Shown here one piece after another: positions 1-8,810 of a DNA stretch of 64,000 bases. The stretch is from NCBI RefSeq assembly GCF_046542825.1, contig NZ_JBKHAQ010000002.1, positions 5,407 to 69,406 on the forward strand, given 5' to 3'. The notes under the pieces were generated by a model, which was given only the letters and a program-made list of their open reading frames with translations, was not told where the DNA came from and did not search any database. A program made the translations under genes and the position numbers. Numbering within the stretch: the stretch's first letter is position 1; each line of letters starts with the position of its first letter. Source of the DNA: Rhodosalinus sp. Lineage in GTDB: Bacteria > Pseudomonadota > Alphaproteobacteria > Rhodobacterales > Rhodobacteraceae.

Positions 1-495
1 TTCTTCCGTCCCGAAACGCCGCGCGGCAAGCCGATGTCGGTGCGGATGACCGCGGCGGGACGCTACGGCTGGGTGTCCGACCGGCGCGGCTATCGCTACG
101 AGCCGCGGCATCCCTCGGGCGTGCCCTGGCCGCCGATCCCTGACGAGGTGCTGGCCGTCTGGCGCGCGGTCACCGGGCTTGACCGCGCGCCCGACTGCTG
201 CCTTGTCAACTGGTATGGCGAGGGCGCCCGCATGGGCCTGCACCAGGACCGGGACGAGGCGGACTTCGCCTGGCCCGTCGTGTCGGTTTCGCTGGGGGAC
301 GCGGCGCTGTTTCGCGTGGGCGGAACGGAGCGCGGCGGGCGCACCGCTTCGGTCTGGCTGCGCTCGGGCGATGTGGCGGTGCTGGAGGGGGAAAGCCGGC
401 TGGCGTTTCACGGCATCGACCGGATCCGCCACGGCTCGTCCAGCCTGCTGCAGCAGGGCGGGCGGATCAACCTGACGCTGCGGGTGGTGGACTGA
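1..495 (+). CDS. alkB: Alpha-ketoglutarate-dependent dioxygenase AlkB (5' end outside window)
   Basis: GWVSDRRGYRY, CLVNWY..GARMGLHQDRDE (HxD), AFHGI and RINLTLR motifs; frame open to window edge. Confidence 0.92.
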   Translation, partial: FFRPETPRGKPMSVRMTAAGRYGWVSDRRGYRYEPRHPSGVPWPPIPDEVLAVWRAVTGLDRAPDCCLVNWYGEGARMGLHQDRDEADFAWPVVSVSLGDAALFRVGGTERGGRTASVWLRSGDVAVLEGESRLAFHGIDRIRHGSSSLLQQGGRINLTLRVVD

Positions 496-504
496 GCTAG
501 GGGG

Positions 505-1122
505 CTAGGGGGCTAGCGAGCAGCATCCAGCGTATTGCGAAAGCTCGCCGTCCATGGACACCAGCAGGTCGAGCGACAGGCCATAGTGCCGGTCGGACAT
601 CCCGTCGCTGCACGCCTCCCGCCGGACGATGCCGTGCATCCCCGCGGTCTCCTGCGCGCCCCAGCCGGCGAATCCGTGGCGGCCGCGGATGCCGCGCACC
701 GTGCTGCGTGCGGCCAGCGAAGTCTCGACAGGGTCCAGGTCGACCCCTTCGAAGGTGAGGCCCGACGCGGTCACGTCCAGCGACCAGAACGGCTCGGTCC
801 CGAAACAGCGCATCGGCACGGGCAGCGTGTCGGCGTCCTGTCCGGCTTGACGGGCGAGGAAACGCATCGAGGCCCAGCCGGAGCGTTCCTGCGTGTTCAC
901 GCGGCCCCAGCTGCCGTCGTCGTTCAGCGCGGTGACCTCGACGTTCTCCGCATCGGGCGCGAGCGTGCCGATGATCCTATCCCCGGCAGAGGGGCCTTCG
1001 CGCAGGTTGAGCACGTCGTCTGACGCCACGCCCGTGACGTCGTGCAGCGCCGGCAGCTCCTGCGCCGCCGCCAGCGTCGGCAGGAGAAGCAGAAGGGCAG
1101 TCAGACGAAGCATGGCGGGCAT
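505..1122 (-). CDS. Secreted bacterial SH3-domain protein with COG3650-like C-terminal domain
   Basis: Signal peptide; DVLNLREGPS...GWASMRFL SH3b pattern; CFGTEPFW and CSDGMSDRHYG...GCC motifs. Confidence 0.8.
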   Translation of the reverse strand: MPAMLRLTALLLLLPTLAAAQELPALHDVTGVASDDVLNLREGPSAGDRIIGTLAPDAENVEVTALNDDGSWGRVNTQERSGWASMRFLARQAGQDADTLPVPMRCFGTEPFWSLDVTASGLTFEGVDLDPVETSLAARSTVRGIRGRHGFAGWGAQETAGMHGIVRREACSDGMSDRHYGLSLDLLVSMDGELSQYAGCCSLAP

Positions 1123-1137
1123 CTCCCATCGTGCGCC

Positions 1138-1959
1138 TCAGTGCCGGGCGTACCAGCTGGCCGAGGCATGCTTGCGGGTGAAATACTCGCCCATCAGGCC
1201 GATCATGACCAGCACCAACCCCACGGTCAGGGGATATTCGATCGAACTGTTGCGCGGGAAGTAGTTGGCAAAGGCGAAGCCGCGGGACTGGTCGATCGCG
1301 TGAAACAGCGGGTTCCAGTCGAACATCACCAGCATGTAGCCGGGCATCATGTTCGCCACGAACATCTTGCCCGAGGCGATCATGTTCGCGCGCTGGTAGA
1401 CCATGGCGAAGATCGACACGAAGGTCGGGAGCCAGGGCTTGAGCGCCAGCAGGACAAGGCCGATGGCGGCGCCGGTGAACCACGCCAGCAGGAACATGCC
1501 CAGCACGCCCACGGGATCATGCAGCTCCACCGGGGTGAAGGCGACGTGGTAGACGAAGAGCACCAGGAAGGCGGAAAGAAGCTGGATGTAGAGCGAGCCC
1601 AGCGCGGCCGACAGGATGGCGACGGCCGTGTTCATCGGTGCATGCTGCATCATGGGCGAGGCCGGTCCCTCCGAGCCCAGGACGGCGCCAAGCGCCTTCA
1701 CATGCGTCATGAAGAGGAAGATGCCCGTCATGATGAAGATCAGGAAATCGCCCCGAACCTTCATTCCGCGCAGCCCCAGCACCGTGAACATGAAATAGAA
1801 GGCCAGAACGAAGACGACCGTCTGCAGCACGTTCACCAGGATCGACATCAGCGGGTTGCCATGCGCCTTGCGCACACTGCGGACGATCCCGTGATACACC
1901 AGTTCCAGGAGCGTGACGGCCGAGTTGCCCCTGCCGCGTGTGTCGGATTGCTGAAACAT
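1138..1959 (-). CDS. ABC-2 type polysaccharide export permease (KpsM/Wzm-like)
   Basis: 273 aa from ATG 1959 (MFQQSDTR); about 6 hydrophobic helices; WNPLFHAIDQSR motif. The 932-aa track ORF is an upstream over-extension. Confidence 0.85.
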   Translation of the reverse strand: MFQQSDTRGRGNSAVTLLELVYHGIVRSVRKAHGNPLMSILVNVLQTVVFVLAFYFMFTVLGLRGMKVRGDFLIFIMTGIFLFMTHVKALGAVLGSEGPASPMMQHAPMNTAVAILSAALGSLYIQLLSAFLVLFVYHVAFTPVELHDPVGVLGMFLLAWFTGAAIGLVLLALKPWLPTFVSIFAMVYQRANMIASGKMFVANMMPGYMLVMFDWNPLFHAIDQSRGFAFANYFPRNSSIEYPLTVGLVLVMIGLMGEYFTRKHASASWYARH

Positions 1960-2094
1960 GAGCCCGGCCTGCCTGCGCCCCCGGAAATATGCGCCCGGAA
2001 TCTTGCCGTCCCGTTTACGCTGGAGCATAAGGGGCGCAGGTTGATTTTGCAATCGGCGTCCCCTGCGGACGCCTGCGCCGATCGGAGCGACGGA

Positions 2095-2892
2095 TTGGAC
2101 CATGACCGGCTCAGCGAGGTGATGCGCCGGCTCGCGCTCGAGGCAGGGGCGCGGATCATGGAAATCTACGAGGCGCCCGACATCGAGCTGCGCTCGAAGT
2201 GCGACGACAGCCCGGTGACCGCTGCGGACGAGGCGGCCGATGCGCTGATTTCCGCCGGACTGCGGGAGGTGTTTCCCGATGTCCCGCTCGTCACCGAGGA
2301 ACAGGCCGCGACGCACGATCAGAGGGCAGACACGTTCCTGATCGTCGACCCGCTCGACGGCACGAAGGAGTTCGTGCAGCGCCGCGGCGATTTCACCGTG
2401 AACATCGCCTATGTCGAAAGCGGCCTGCCGGTGCGTGGCGTGGTCTATGCGCCGGCGAAAGGGCGGCTGTTCTACACGACCGCGACGGGGCGCGCGGTCG
2501 AGGAGGAGGGTGCGCTCGCGCCGGACGCGCCGGGGCCGCTGCGCGGGTTGTCGGTGGCCGAGCCGGACGGAAACGCGCTGCGGGTCGTTGCCTCGAAATC
2601 GCACCGCGACGCCGAAACGGACGCCTATATCGCGCGGTATCACGTCGCTGACATGAAGAGCGCCGGCTCGTCGCTGAAGTTCTGCCTCGTGGCGAGCGGC
2701 GAGGCGGATCTTTATCCGCGGCTGGGCCGCACGATGGAATGGGACACGGCTGCGGGTCACGCCGTGCTCGCAGGCGCCGGCGGAACCGTGATACGCTTCG
2801 ATGACCACATGCCGCTGATTTATGGAAAGCCGGGGTTTGCGAATCCCTTTTTCATCGCTCATGCCCCCGGTGTCGAACTGGTGGAGCCATAG
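2095..2892 (+). CDS. cysQ: 3'(2'),5'-bisphosphate nucleotidase CysQ
   Basis: KCDDSPVTAAD, VDPLDGTKEF, GSSLKFC and EWDTAAGHA motifs; TTG start after GGAG is inferred. Confidence 0.93.
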   Translation: MDHDRLSEVMRRLALEAGARIMEIYEAPDIELRSKCDDSPVTAADEAADALISAGLREVFPDVPLVTEEQAATHDQRADTFLIVDPLDGTKEFVQRRGDFTVNIAYVESGLPVRGVVYAPAKGRLFYTTATGRAVEEEGALAPDAPGPLRGLSVAEPDGNALRVVASKSHRDAETDAYIARYHVADMKSAGSSLKFCLVASGEADLYPRLGRTMEWDTAAGHAVLAGAGGTVIRFDDHMPLIYGKPGFANPFFIAHAPGVELVEP

Positions 2893-3006
2893 GCCCGCCG
2901 CCTTTCCGCCCCGGTCTGCGGGCGGAACACGGGCGGCTGCGGGGGCGCAAGGGCAAGGAAATGGCGCGGCGGGGACCCGGTGCGCGGAAATGACGAGGCG
3001 AGCGAC

Positions 3007-3903
3007 ATGCATAACAAGGTAACGAAAGCCATCTTCCCAGTTGCCGGGCTGGGCACACGCTTTCTTCCGGCGACGAAGTCGATCCCCAAGGAAATCATGA
3101 CGCTCGTGGACCGGCCGCTGATCCAGTACGCCATCGACGAGGCGCGGGCGGCCGGGATCAAGGAGTTCATCTTCGTCACCTCGCGCGGCAAGGGCGCGCT
3201 CGAGGATTATTTCGACAATGCACCGCAACTCGAGGCGGAACTGCGCAAGAAGGGCAAGAACGACCTGCTCGACCTCCTGAAGTCGACGAACATGGAGTCG
3301 GGCGCGATCGCCTACATGCGGCAGCACAAGCCCCTTGGTCTGGGCCATGCCGTCTGGTGCGCGCGGCGACTGATTGCCAACGACGAGCCCTTCGCCGTCA
3401 TCCTGCCGGACGACGTCATCGCGTCGGAAACGCCCTGTCTGCAGCAGATGGTGGAGGCCTACGAGGAGGTCGGCGGCAACATGGTGGCCGCGATGGAGGT
3501 GCCGAAGGACCGCATCAAGGCCTACGGCGTGCTCGACCTCGAGGAGGACATGGGCGCGCTCGTGAAAGTGCGCGGCATGGTGGAAAAGCCCGAGCCGGAG
3601 GCGGCACCGTCCAACCTTGCGGTGATCGGCCGCTACATCCTTACCCCCGGAGTCTTGCAGAATCTCAGCAAGATGAAATCCGGCTCCGGCGGCGAGATTC
3701 AGTTGACCGACGCGATCGCGGGGGAAATCGCGCAGGAGCGTGGTGTTTATGGCTACCGTTTCCGGGGTCAGCGGTTCGATTGCGGATCGAAATCCGGCTA
3801 CCTGCAGGCGACCGTGGCCTTCGCGCTGGCCCGCGACGAACTGCGCGCCGACCTGATGGGCTACCTGAAGGAGCTCATCTCGGTCGAAAAGGCGGCGCAG
3901 TAG
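3007..3903 (+). CDS. galU: UTP--glucose-1-phosphate uridylyltransferase
   Basis: KAIFPVAGLGTRFLPATKSIPKE, GLGHAV, VEKP, GEIQLTDA. Confidence 0.97.
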   Translation: MHNKVTKAIFPVAGLGTRFLPATKSIPKEIMTLVDRPLIQYAIDEARAAGIKEFIFVTSRGKGALEDYFDNAPQLEAELRKKGKNDLLDLLKSTNMESGAIAYMRQHKPLGLGHAVWCARRLIANDEPFAVILPDDVIASETPCLQQMVEAYEEVGGNMVAAMEVPKDRIKAYGVLDLEEDMGALVKVRGMVEKPEPEAAPSNLAVIGRYILTPGVLQNLSKMKSGSGGEIQLTDAIAGEIAQERGVYGYRFRGQRFDCGSKSGYLQATVAFALARDELRADLMGYLKELISVEKAAQ

Positions 3904-3916
3904 GCGCCGCGCGATC

Positions 3917-4900
3917 ATGACGGTTGTTCTTGTCACCGGCGGTGCCGGCTACATCGGGTCGCATGCCTGCAAGGCGCTTGCAAATGCGGGCTACACGCCT
4001 GTCACCTACGACAACCTGTCCACCGGATGGGCGGAGGCCGTCCGCTTCGGGCCGTTCGAAGAGGGCGACCTGCTCGACCGGGACAGGCTTGCCGCGGCCT
4101 TTGCGCGCCATCGCCCCGCGGCGGTCATGCATTTCGCCGCGCTGAGCCAGGTGGGCGAGGCGATGCGGGAACCCCCGCGCTACTGGCGCAACAACCTCTG
4201 CGGATCGCTCAACCTTGCCGAGGCGGCGGTCGAGGCGGGGTGCCTGAACTTCGTCTTTTCTTCGACATGCGCGACCTATGGCGAGCAGGACGGCGTGACG
4301 CTGGACGAGGACTGCGCGCAGGCGCCGCTCAACGCCTATGGCGCCTCGAAGCGCGCGGTCGAGGACATGCTGCGCGACATGCAGGCGGCGCACGGGCTGC
4401 GGAGCGTGATCTTCCGATATTTCAACGTGGCCGGCGCCGACCCCGAGGCCGAGGTCGGCGAGCATCACGAGCCTGAAACGCACCTGATCCCGCTGGTGCT
4501 GCAGGCGATCGACGGCCAGCGACCCGCGCTGACCATTCACGGGACCGACTATCCCACGCCGGACGGCACCTGCATCCGCGACTATGTGCATGTCTCGGAC
4601 CTTGTCGATGCGCATGTCCGCGGGCTGAAATGGCTGGAGCAGGGCGGAGAGCCGCGTGTCTTCAATCTTGGCACCGGGCACGGTTTTTCGGTGCGCGAGG
4701 TGATCGAGGCCGCGCGGCGCACCACCAACCGGGCGGTGCCGGTGGAAGAGGGGCCGCGACGGGCAGGCGACTGCACGCGCCTTGTCTCGGGCTCGGATCG
4801 TGCCGGGCGCGACCTGGGCTGGTCGCCCGCGCGCTCGACGCTGGCAGAGATGATCGGCGACGCGTGGCGGTGGCACCGGACGGGGGGCTACGGCCGCTGA
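3917..4900 (+). CDS. galE: UDP-glucose 4-epimerase
   Basis: TGGAGYIGSH, YGASK, RYFNVAGA, DGTCIRDYVHV. Confidence 0.96.
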   Translation: MTVVLVTGGAGYIGSHACKALANAGYTPVTYDNLSTGWAEAVRFGPFEEGDLLDRDRLAAAFARHRPAAVMHFAALSQVGEAMREPPRYWRNNLCGSLNLAEAAVEAGCLNFVFSSTCATYGEQDGVTLDEDCAQAPLNAYGASKRAVEDMLRDMQAAHGLRSVIFRYFNVAGADPEAEVGEHHEPETHLIPLVLQAIDGQRPALTIHGTDYPTPDGTCIRDYVHVSDLVDAHVRGLKWLEQGGEPRVFNLGTGHGFSVREVIEAARRTTNRAVPVEEGPRRAGDCTRLVSGSDRAGRDLGWSPARSTLAEMIGDAWRWHRTGGYGR

Positions 4901-4912
4901 GGGGAGACGCGT

Positions 4913-5935
4913 TTGGAGGAGCCGCGGGAACTCTGGCTCGCCTACAGATTGCGCTGGAAGCGGCGGCGCCTGCTCTTCCGCGCCTTGCGCAAGCGCCGGC
5001 AGCTGCGCCCGGTCGCGACCCGCACCGCCACGATACGGCCCGGCGCCATCCTGGCCTTCGCCACCGTGCGCAACGAGGCGCTGCGCTTGCCGTTCTTCCT
5101 GGACCACCACAGGCGGTTGGGCGTCGATCATTTCCTGATCGTGGACAATGACAGTGACGACGGCACGCGCGAATGGCTGGCCGACCAGCCCGACGTGTCG
5201 CTCTGGCGCACCGGGCACAGCTACAAGCTCTCGCGCTTTGGCATGGACTGGCTGACCTGGCTGCAGATCCGGCACGGGCACGGGCACTGGTGCCTGACGC
5301 TGGATGCCGACGAGATCCTGATCTATCCGCACCACGATACCCGGCCGTTGCCTGCGCTGACCGAATGGCTCGAGCGCGAGGGGCGCGAAAGCCTCGGCGC
5401 GCTGATGCTCGACATGTATCCCAAGGGACCGCCGGGCGCGCAGCCATATGCCGCGGGGGCGGACCCCTTCGAGACGCTCGCCTGGTTCGATGCGGGCAAC
5501 TACTTCATCGAGCGGCAGCCGAAGCTGCGCAATCTCTGGATCCGGGGCGGGGTGCGCGCGCGGATGTTCTTCGCCGACCGGCCGCGGCGGGCGCCCACGC
5601 TCAACAAGGTGCCTCTCGTGCGCTGGAACCGGCGCTACGTCTACAACACCTCGACGCATCAGATCCTGCCCCGCAGGCTCAACGCGGTCTATGCCGAGGA
5701 TGGGGGAGAGCTTTTGTCCGGCGTGCTGCTGCACACCAAGTTCCTGAACACGATCGTCGAAAAGAGCGCAGAGGAGAAGGAGCGGGGCGAGCATTTCGAG
5801 GTCGCCGACAACTATCGCGCCTATTACGACAGCCTGCTCGACGATCCCGACCTGTGGTGCGCGGCCTCCACCCGGTTCACCGGCTGGCACCAGCTGGTCG
5901 CGCTGGGGTTGATGTCGCGCGGCGATTGGGTCTGA
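4913..5935 (+). CDS. Glycosyltransferase family 2 (Glyco_tranf_2_4-like)
   Basis: RNEALRLPFFLDHHRRLGVDHFLIVDNDSDDGT; WCLTLDADE (DxD); TTG start after GGAG. Confidence 0.88.
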   Translation: MEEPRELWLAYRLRWKRRRLLFRALRKRRQLRPVATRTATIRPGAILAFATVRNEALRLPFFLDHHRRLGVDHFLIVDNDSDDGTREWLADQPDVSLWRTGHSYKLSRFGMDWLTWLQIRHGHGHWCLTLDADEILIYPHHDTRPLPALTEWLEREGRESLGALMLDMYPKGPPGAQPYAAGADPFETLAWFDAGNYFIERQPKLRNLWIRGGVRARMFFADRPRRAPTLNKVPLVRWNRRYVYNTSTHQILPRRLNAVYAEDGGELLSGVLLHTKFLNTIVEKSAEEKERGEHFEVADNYRAYYDSLLDDPDLWCAASTRFTGWHQLVALGLMSRGDWV

Positions 5936-6093
5936 GCCAGTGGGCAGTTTACCGCAACGTCGCCTTGGCCTATCTTCCGCGCGGAACGAGCCGGAAAGGC
6001 CGAGCAGGCAGGCGGGGCAGGATCAGCCCTTCGTTAACCGGCGGGCGCTAGAAGAACGACGCGCCGCAGCGCCGCGGCATCGGTGAGGGTCGC

Positions 6094-7104
6094 GTGGGTC
6101 TGTGGAAATCCTACAAGCTGCGATGGCGACGCAAGCGCTGGCGCGCGCGGGCCTTCGTCAAGCGCGGGCAACTGCGCGCCGTCGCCGACCGGACGGATCG
6201 CATCCGCCCCGGTCAGATCCTGCTGTTCTCGACCCAGCGGAACGAAGGTGTGCGCCTGCCCTTCTTCCTGCGATATTATCGCGATCTGGGCGTCGATCAT
6301 TTCCTGATCGTGGACAACGACAGCACCGACGGCTCGCGCGAGATGCTGGCAGAGCAGCCCGACGTCTCGGTCTGGCACACGGCTGCGAGTTACAAGCGCG
6401 CGCACTATGGCATCGACTGGCTCAACTGGCTGCAAAGCCGGCACGGCCACGGGCACTGGTGCCTCGTCGTGGACCCGGACGAATTCCTGGTCTATCCGTT
6501 CTGCGACACGCGGCCGATCCGGGCGCTGACCGACTGGCTGGACAGCTCCGGCGTGCGGTCGTTCAGCGCCATGCTGCTCGACATGTATCCCAAGGGCCGG
6601 ATCGACGCCCAGCATTACCTGCCCGGTCAGGACCCGCTGAAGATCGCGTCCTGGTTCGACCCGGGCAACTACACGATCCAGAAGAACCCCGACCTGGGCA
6701 ACCTGTGGATACAGGGCGGTCCGCGGGCGCGGATGTTCTTCGCCGACGAGCCGCGCAAGGCGCCCGCGCTGAACAAGACGCCGCTGGTCAAGTGGCACCG
6801 GCGCTACGCCTACGTCAGTTCCACGCACATGCTGCTCCCGCGGGGGCTGAACCTGGTCTACGATGAGTGGGGCGGAGAGAAGGCAAGCGGCATCCTGTTG
6901 CACATGAAGTTTCTCGACACCCTCGGCGCCAAGGCGCAGGAGGAAATGGCGCGCGGCGAACACTATGCCTCCAGCCGCGAATACGCGGCCTATGCCCGCG
7001 CCATGGCAGAGACACCGGAACTCTGGTGCAAGTGGTCCGAGAAATACATCAACTGGCGCCAGCTCGAGATCCTGGGCCTGATGTCCAAGGGCAACTGGGC
7101 ATGA
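6094..7104 (+). CDS. Glycosyltransferase family 2, paralogue of the upstream gene
   Basis: RNEGVRLPFFL...LGVDHFLIVDNDSTDGS; WCLVVDPDE; colinear with 4913-5935. Confidence 0.88.
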   Translation: MGLWKSYKLRWRRKRWRARAFVKRGQLRAVADRTDRIRPGQILLFSTQRNEGVRLPFFLRYYRDLGVDHFLIVDNDSTDGSREMLAEQPDVSVWHTAASYKRAHYGIDWLNWLQSRHGHGHWCLVVDPDEFLVYPFCDTRPIRALTDWLDSSGVRSFSAMLLDMYPKGRIDAQHYLPGQDPLKIASWFDPGNYTIQKNPDLGNLWIQGGPRARMFFADEPRKAPALNKTPLVKWHRRYAYVSSTHMLLPRGLNLVYDEWGGEKASGILLHMKFLDTLGAKAQEEMARGEHYASSREYAAYARAMAETPELWCKWSEKYINWRQLEILGLMSKGNWA

Positions 7105-8807
7105 CCGCACCGCTGGGCATCGTCATGCTGGTGCATGCGGATTTCGACCGTGCCGCACAGGTCGCGCGGCACTGGGCCGCCGCGGGCTGCCCGGTCGTGA
7201 TTCATGTGGACCGCAGGGTGCGGCGCGCGGATCATGCCGCCTTTGCCCGGGCGCTGTCGGATGTCGACCACATCCTGTTCTCGCCGCGCTTCCGCTGCGA
7301 ATGGGGCACCTGGGGTCTTGTCGCGGCGGCGCAGGCGGCCTCGGAGGTGATGCTGGCGCGCTTTCCGGGTCTTGCGCATGTCTATCTCGCCTCGGGCGCC
7401 TGCCTTCCGCTGCGCCCCGTCCAGGAACTGATCGACTACCTCGCGGAGCGGCCGAAGACGGATTTCATCGAAAGCGCCACGACGTCAGAGGTGCCCTGGA
7501 CCGTGGGCGGGTTGCACGAAGAGCGGTTCACGCTTTCCTTTCCCTTTTCGTGGAAGCGCCAGCGCAAGCTCTTCGATGGCTACGTCGAGCTGCAGCGCAA
7601 GCTGGGGCGCCGCCGTCGGCTGCCGGCGGGGCTTGTGCCGCACATGGGCAGCCAGTGGTGGTGCCTGACGCGGCAGACCCTCTCGGCGATCCTTCAGGAC
7701 CCGGAGCGCGACACCTACGACCGCTACTTCCGCCGCGTCTGGATCCCGGACGAAAGCTACTTCCAGACACTCGCGCGGCTCCATTCGCGCCGGATCGAGA
7801 GCCGGTCGCTCACGCTGTCGAAGTTCGACTACCAGGGCAAGCCGCACATCTTCTACGACGACCATCTGCAATTGCTGCGGCGCTCCGACTGCTTCGTGGC
7901 GCGCAAGATCTGGCCGCGCGCCGACCGCCTCTATGACGCTTTCCTGACCGATCCGGTGCACGCGATGAAGCGGGCGGAGCCCAATCCGGGCAAGATCGAC
8001 CGCCTGTTCGCCAAGGCGGTGGAGCGGCGCACGCGCGGTCGCCCCGGCCTTTACATGCAAAGCCGCTTTCCCCGTGAGGGGCGCGAGAACGGTGTCACCG
8101 CCGGCCCCTATTCGGTGTTTCAGGGGTTCGCGGAGCTCTTCGAGGATTTCGAGGGCTGGCTCGGGCGAACGACGGGTGCACGGGTGCACGGCCACCTCTT
8201 CGCGCCACAGCGCGCGGAGTTTGCCGAAGCGGCGCACATCGTCGTGGGCGCGCTGTCCGACAGCGCGGCGCTGCGCGACGCGAACCCCAGGGCGTTCCTG
8301 ACCAACCTGATCTGGAACACACGGGGCGAGCGCCAGTGCTTCCAGTTCGGGCCGCGCGACAACCAGAAGATCAACTGGACCATCGCCAAGGATTCGAACG
8401 CCCAGATTTCGGTCGTCACCGGCGCCTGGGCGCTGCCACTCTTCCAGTCGAATCGCGACTTCGGCGAGCTTCGGGCAGAGGCCGCGCGCCTGCAGGCGAT
8501 CGAGGCCGAGCAACTGAAGGTGCTGCGCTCGCCCTGGACCAAGGCGCGGGTGCGGATCTGGAGCATGGCGGAATTCGTCGAGGCGCCGATGGAGCCGCTG
8601 CAGACGATCCTGTCCGAGATCGGCAGCCGGCATCCCGTGCGCCTGTCCGAAGCGCCCCGCATGACGGATCTCGACGGGTTCGGGCAGTTCCTGCAGCAGC
8701 TGAAGAACCAGGGGATGCACCCCTATCTGATGGGCGACTTCCCGGCTGGGGCGCCCGCGCCGCGTCGGTCACCCCAGCCGCCGCGCAAGCCCTACGTCGT
8801 GCGCTGA
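7101..8807 (+). CDS. GT14-like (core-2/I-branching beta-1,6-GlcNAc transferase) protein with a long uncharacterised C-terminal domain
   Basis: VIHVD, EWGTWGLVAA, YLASGACLPLRP, GSQWWCLTR, IPDESYFQT, FVARK; ATGA overlap with upstream stop. Confidence 0.85.
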   Translation: MTAPLGIVMLVHADFDRAAQVARHWAAAGCPVVIHVDRRVRRADHAAFARALSDVDHILFSPRFRCEWGTWGLVAAAQAASEVMLARFPGLAHVYLASGACLPLRPVQELIDYLAERPKTDFIESATTSEVPWTVGGLHEERFTLSFPFSWKRQRKLFDGYVELQRKLGRRRRLPAGLVPHMGSQWWCLTRQTLSAILQDPERDTYDRYFRRVWIPDESYFQTLARLHSRRIESRSLTLSKFDYQGKPHIFYDDHLQLLRRSDCFVARKIWPRADRLYDAFLTDPVHAMKRAEPNPGKIDRLFAKAVERRTRGRPGLYMQSRFPREGRENGVTAGPYSVFQGFAELFEDFEGWLGRTTGARVHGHLFAPQRAEFAEAAHIVVGALSDSAALRDANPRAFLTNLIWNTRGERQCFQFGPRDNQKINWTIAKDSNAQISVVTGAWALPLFQSNRDFGELRAEAARLQAIEAEQLKVLRSPWTKARVRIWSMAEFVEAPMEPLQTILSEIGSRHPVRLSEAPRMTDLDGFGQFLQQLKNQGMHPYLMGDFPAGAPAPRRSPQPPRKPYVVR

Positions 8808-8810
8808 GCG

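Noticed and set aside
2041-2055. TTGAT...CAATC as an FnrL box upstream of cysQ
   Set aside because: Right half does not match ATCAA at the required N4 spacing.
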